Assembly (NCBI GenBank): GCA_018304425.1
Contig: JAGVWE010000002.1
Coordinates: 352,001 to 416,000, forward strand
DNA: 64,000 nt
Direction: 5' to 3'
Origin: Candidatus Iainarchaeum sp.
GTDB lineage: Archaea > Iainarchaeota > Iainarchaeia > Iainarchaeales > UBA10219
Part shown: positions 63,120-64,000 of the stretch, piece by piece
How positions within the stretch are numbered: the first letter of the stretch is position 1
Layout: each line of letters opens with the position of its first letter
Position numbers and translations under genes: made by a program
The notes under the pieces: generated by a model
What the model was told of the DNA's origin: nothing
Seen by the model: the letters and a program-made list of their open reading frames with translations, nothing else
Database searches by the model: none

Positions 63120-64000
63120 ATGAGCCTTGAACAAAGGATTGCCCGGAAGTCCAAGGAATGGGGCCTGAAACAGATCAGCACCATGGTCATTGACAACTGC
63201 AATGCCAAGTGCCTGCAGTGCTTTGTCTGGAAACGGGAGCCTAGGCCGCGTTTCAGCCCCGAGGAGATGGACCAGTTTCTGTCCCATTCCGACATCAGCA
63301 AGCTCACCAGTTTCTCGATTTCCGGGGGCGAACCCACTTTGCGCAATGACTTGCGGGACATCCTGCTGGCGATTCGCCAGCACTATTCAGGTCATATGGT
63401 GGTCCAAAGCAATTGTTTCATGAAGCCGCGCCTGATCAAGGCAGTCAAGAACATTGAGAACCTGACTGTTTGCTGTTCCATTGATGGAGTTGGGGAAATG
63501 CATTCTACTTTGCGGGGTATGCCGGGTGGTTATGAGATGGTCATCGACACCATGGAGTCCTTGAAGCAGGAAGGCATCGATTTCCTGGTGTCTTTCACGG
63601 TGCAGTCCCGGAACCAGCACCAGATTTTTGACGTCTTCGATATCGCCAAGCGTTTCGACGTGCCGTTTTGGACGCGGCCTGCTGGGACCGGGCACTTGTT
63701 CAATAAGTATGACCAAGACCAGCTGGATTCCAAGAAACTCATTGCCGATCTAGAGAAGATAAAGGAGATCAACCCGGTCTGGATTTCAGCTGACATCGAC
63801 TACCTTAAGCAGGGGCATCTGCCGTTTCCCTGCACAGCCGGCTATAACTCGGTGCTTATCGCCCCCAACTTCGACGTTTTTCCCTGTTCGCATTGCTCCG
63901 AAACCTGGTTGTTGGGCAACATTCGGGACGTGAACTATAACCTCAATGCGTTGTTGACCCCGAAGTTCAGCGCCAATTGCCGCAAATGCATCAACGAAAT
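63120..64000 (+). CDS. Radical SAM/SPASM protein, runs off window end (not in ORF track)
   Basis: Translated by hand: CNAKCLQC, SGGEP, SIDG...H..RG, CTAG...VFPC...LGNI...CRKC. Confidence 0.88.
   Translation, partial: MSLEQRIARKSKEWGLKQISTMVIDNCNAKCLQCFVWKREPRPRFSPEEMDQFLSHSDISKLTSFSISGGEPTLRNDLRDILLAIRQHYSGHMVVQSNCFMKPRLIKAVKNIENLTVCCSIDGVGEMHSTLRGMPGGYEMVIDTMESLKQEGIDFLVSFTVQSRNQHQIFDVFDIAKRFDVPFWTRPAGTGHLFNKYDQDQLDSKKLIADLEKIKEINPVWISADIDYLKQGHLPFPCTAGYNSVLIAPNFDVFPCSHCSETWLLGNIRDVNYNLNALLTPKFSANCRKCINE

Overview
Archaeal chromosomal segment, most likely from a DPANN-type lineage (inferred from TFE, aTrm56, archaeal PEP carboxylase, archaeal TPI, XerA, an initiator tRNA and orphan Arg-rich or Cys-rich proteins). 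It is gene-dense and mostly housekeeping or metabolic. Contents: a group 3-like [NiFe]-hydrogenase locus, an opp/dpp peptide ABC operon, MetRS fused to a B3/4 domain beside a DUF62 SAM hydrolase, a MacB-type ABC cassette, GDH/TrxR/Grx, a PpcA-aconitase-IDH-three-gene ATP-citrate-lyase-malic enzyme cluster, AcdA, a long RelA-like RSH, class II LysRS, SerRS, four tRNAs, a tRNAiMet-wHTH-PRC-barrel-xerA locus, thiamine genes, surface lipoproteins and a glycosyltransferase/radical-SAM block. Signals not in the ORF track: (i) a self-contained 19-aa CxxCGC-polyLys micro-gene with TATA box, SD and terminator, plus two other unlisted Cys-rich small ORFs; (ii) a non-coding landmark at 59.1-59.9 kb with a dif-like 11-6-11 palindrome, an ORB-like box and an 8-mer (CTACATAA) whose orientation flips across it, with motifs shared with the xerA locus. 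No rRNA, CRISPR array or transposase was seen. All family calls come from motif recognition by eye; no database searches were run.
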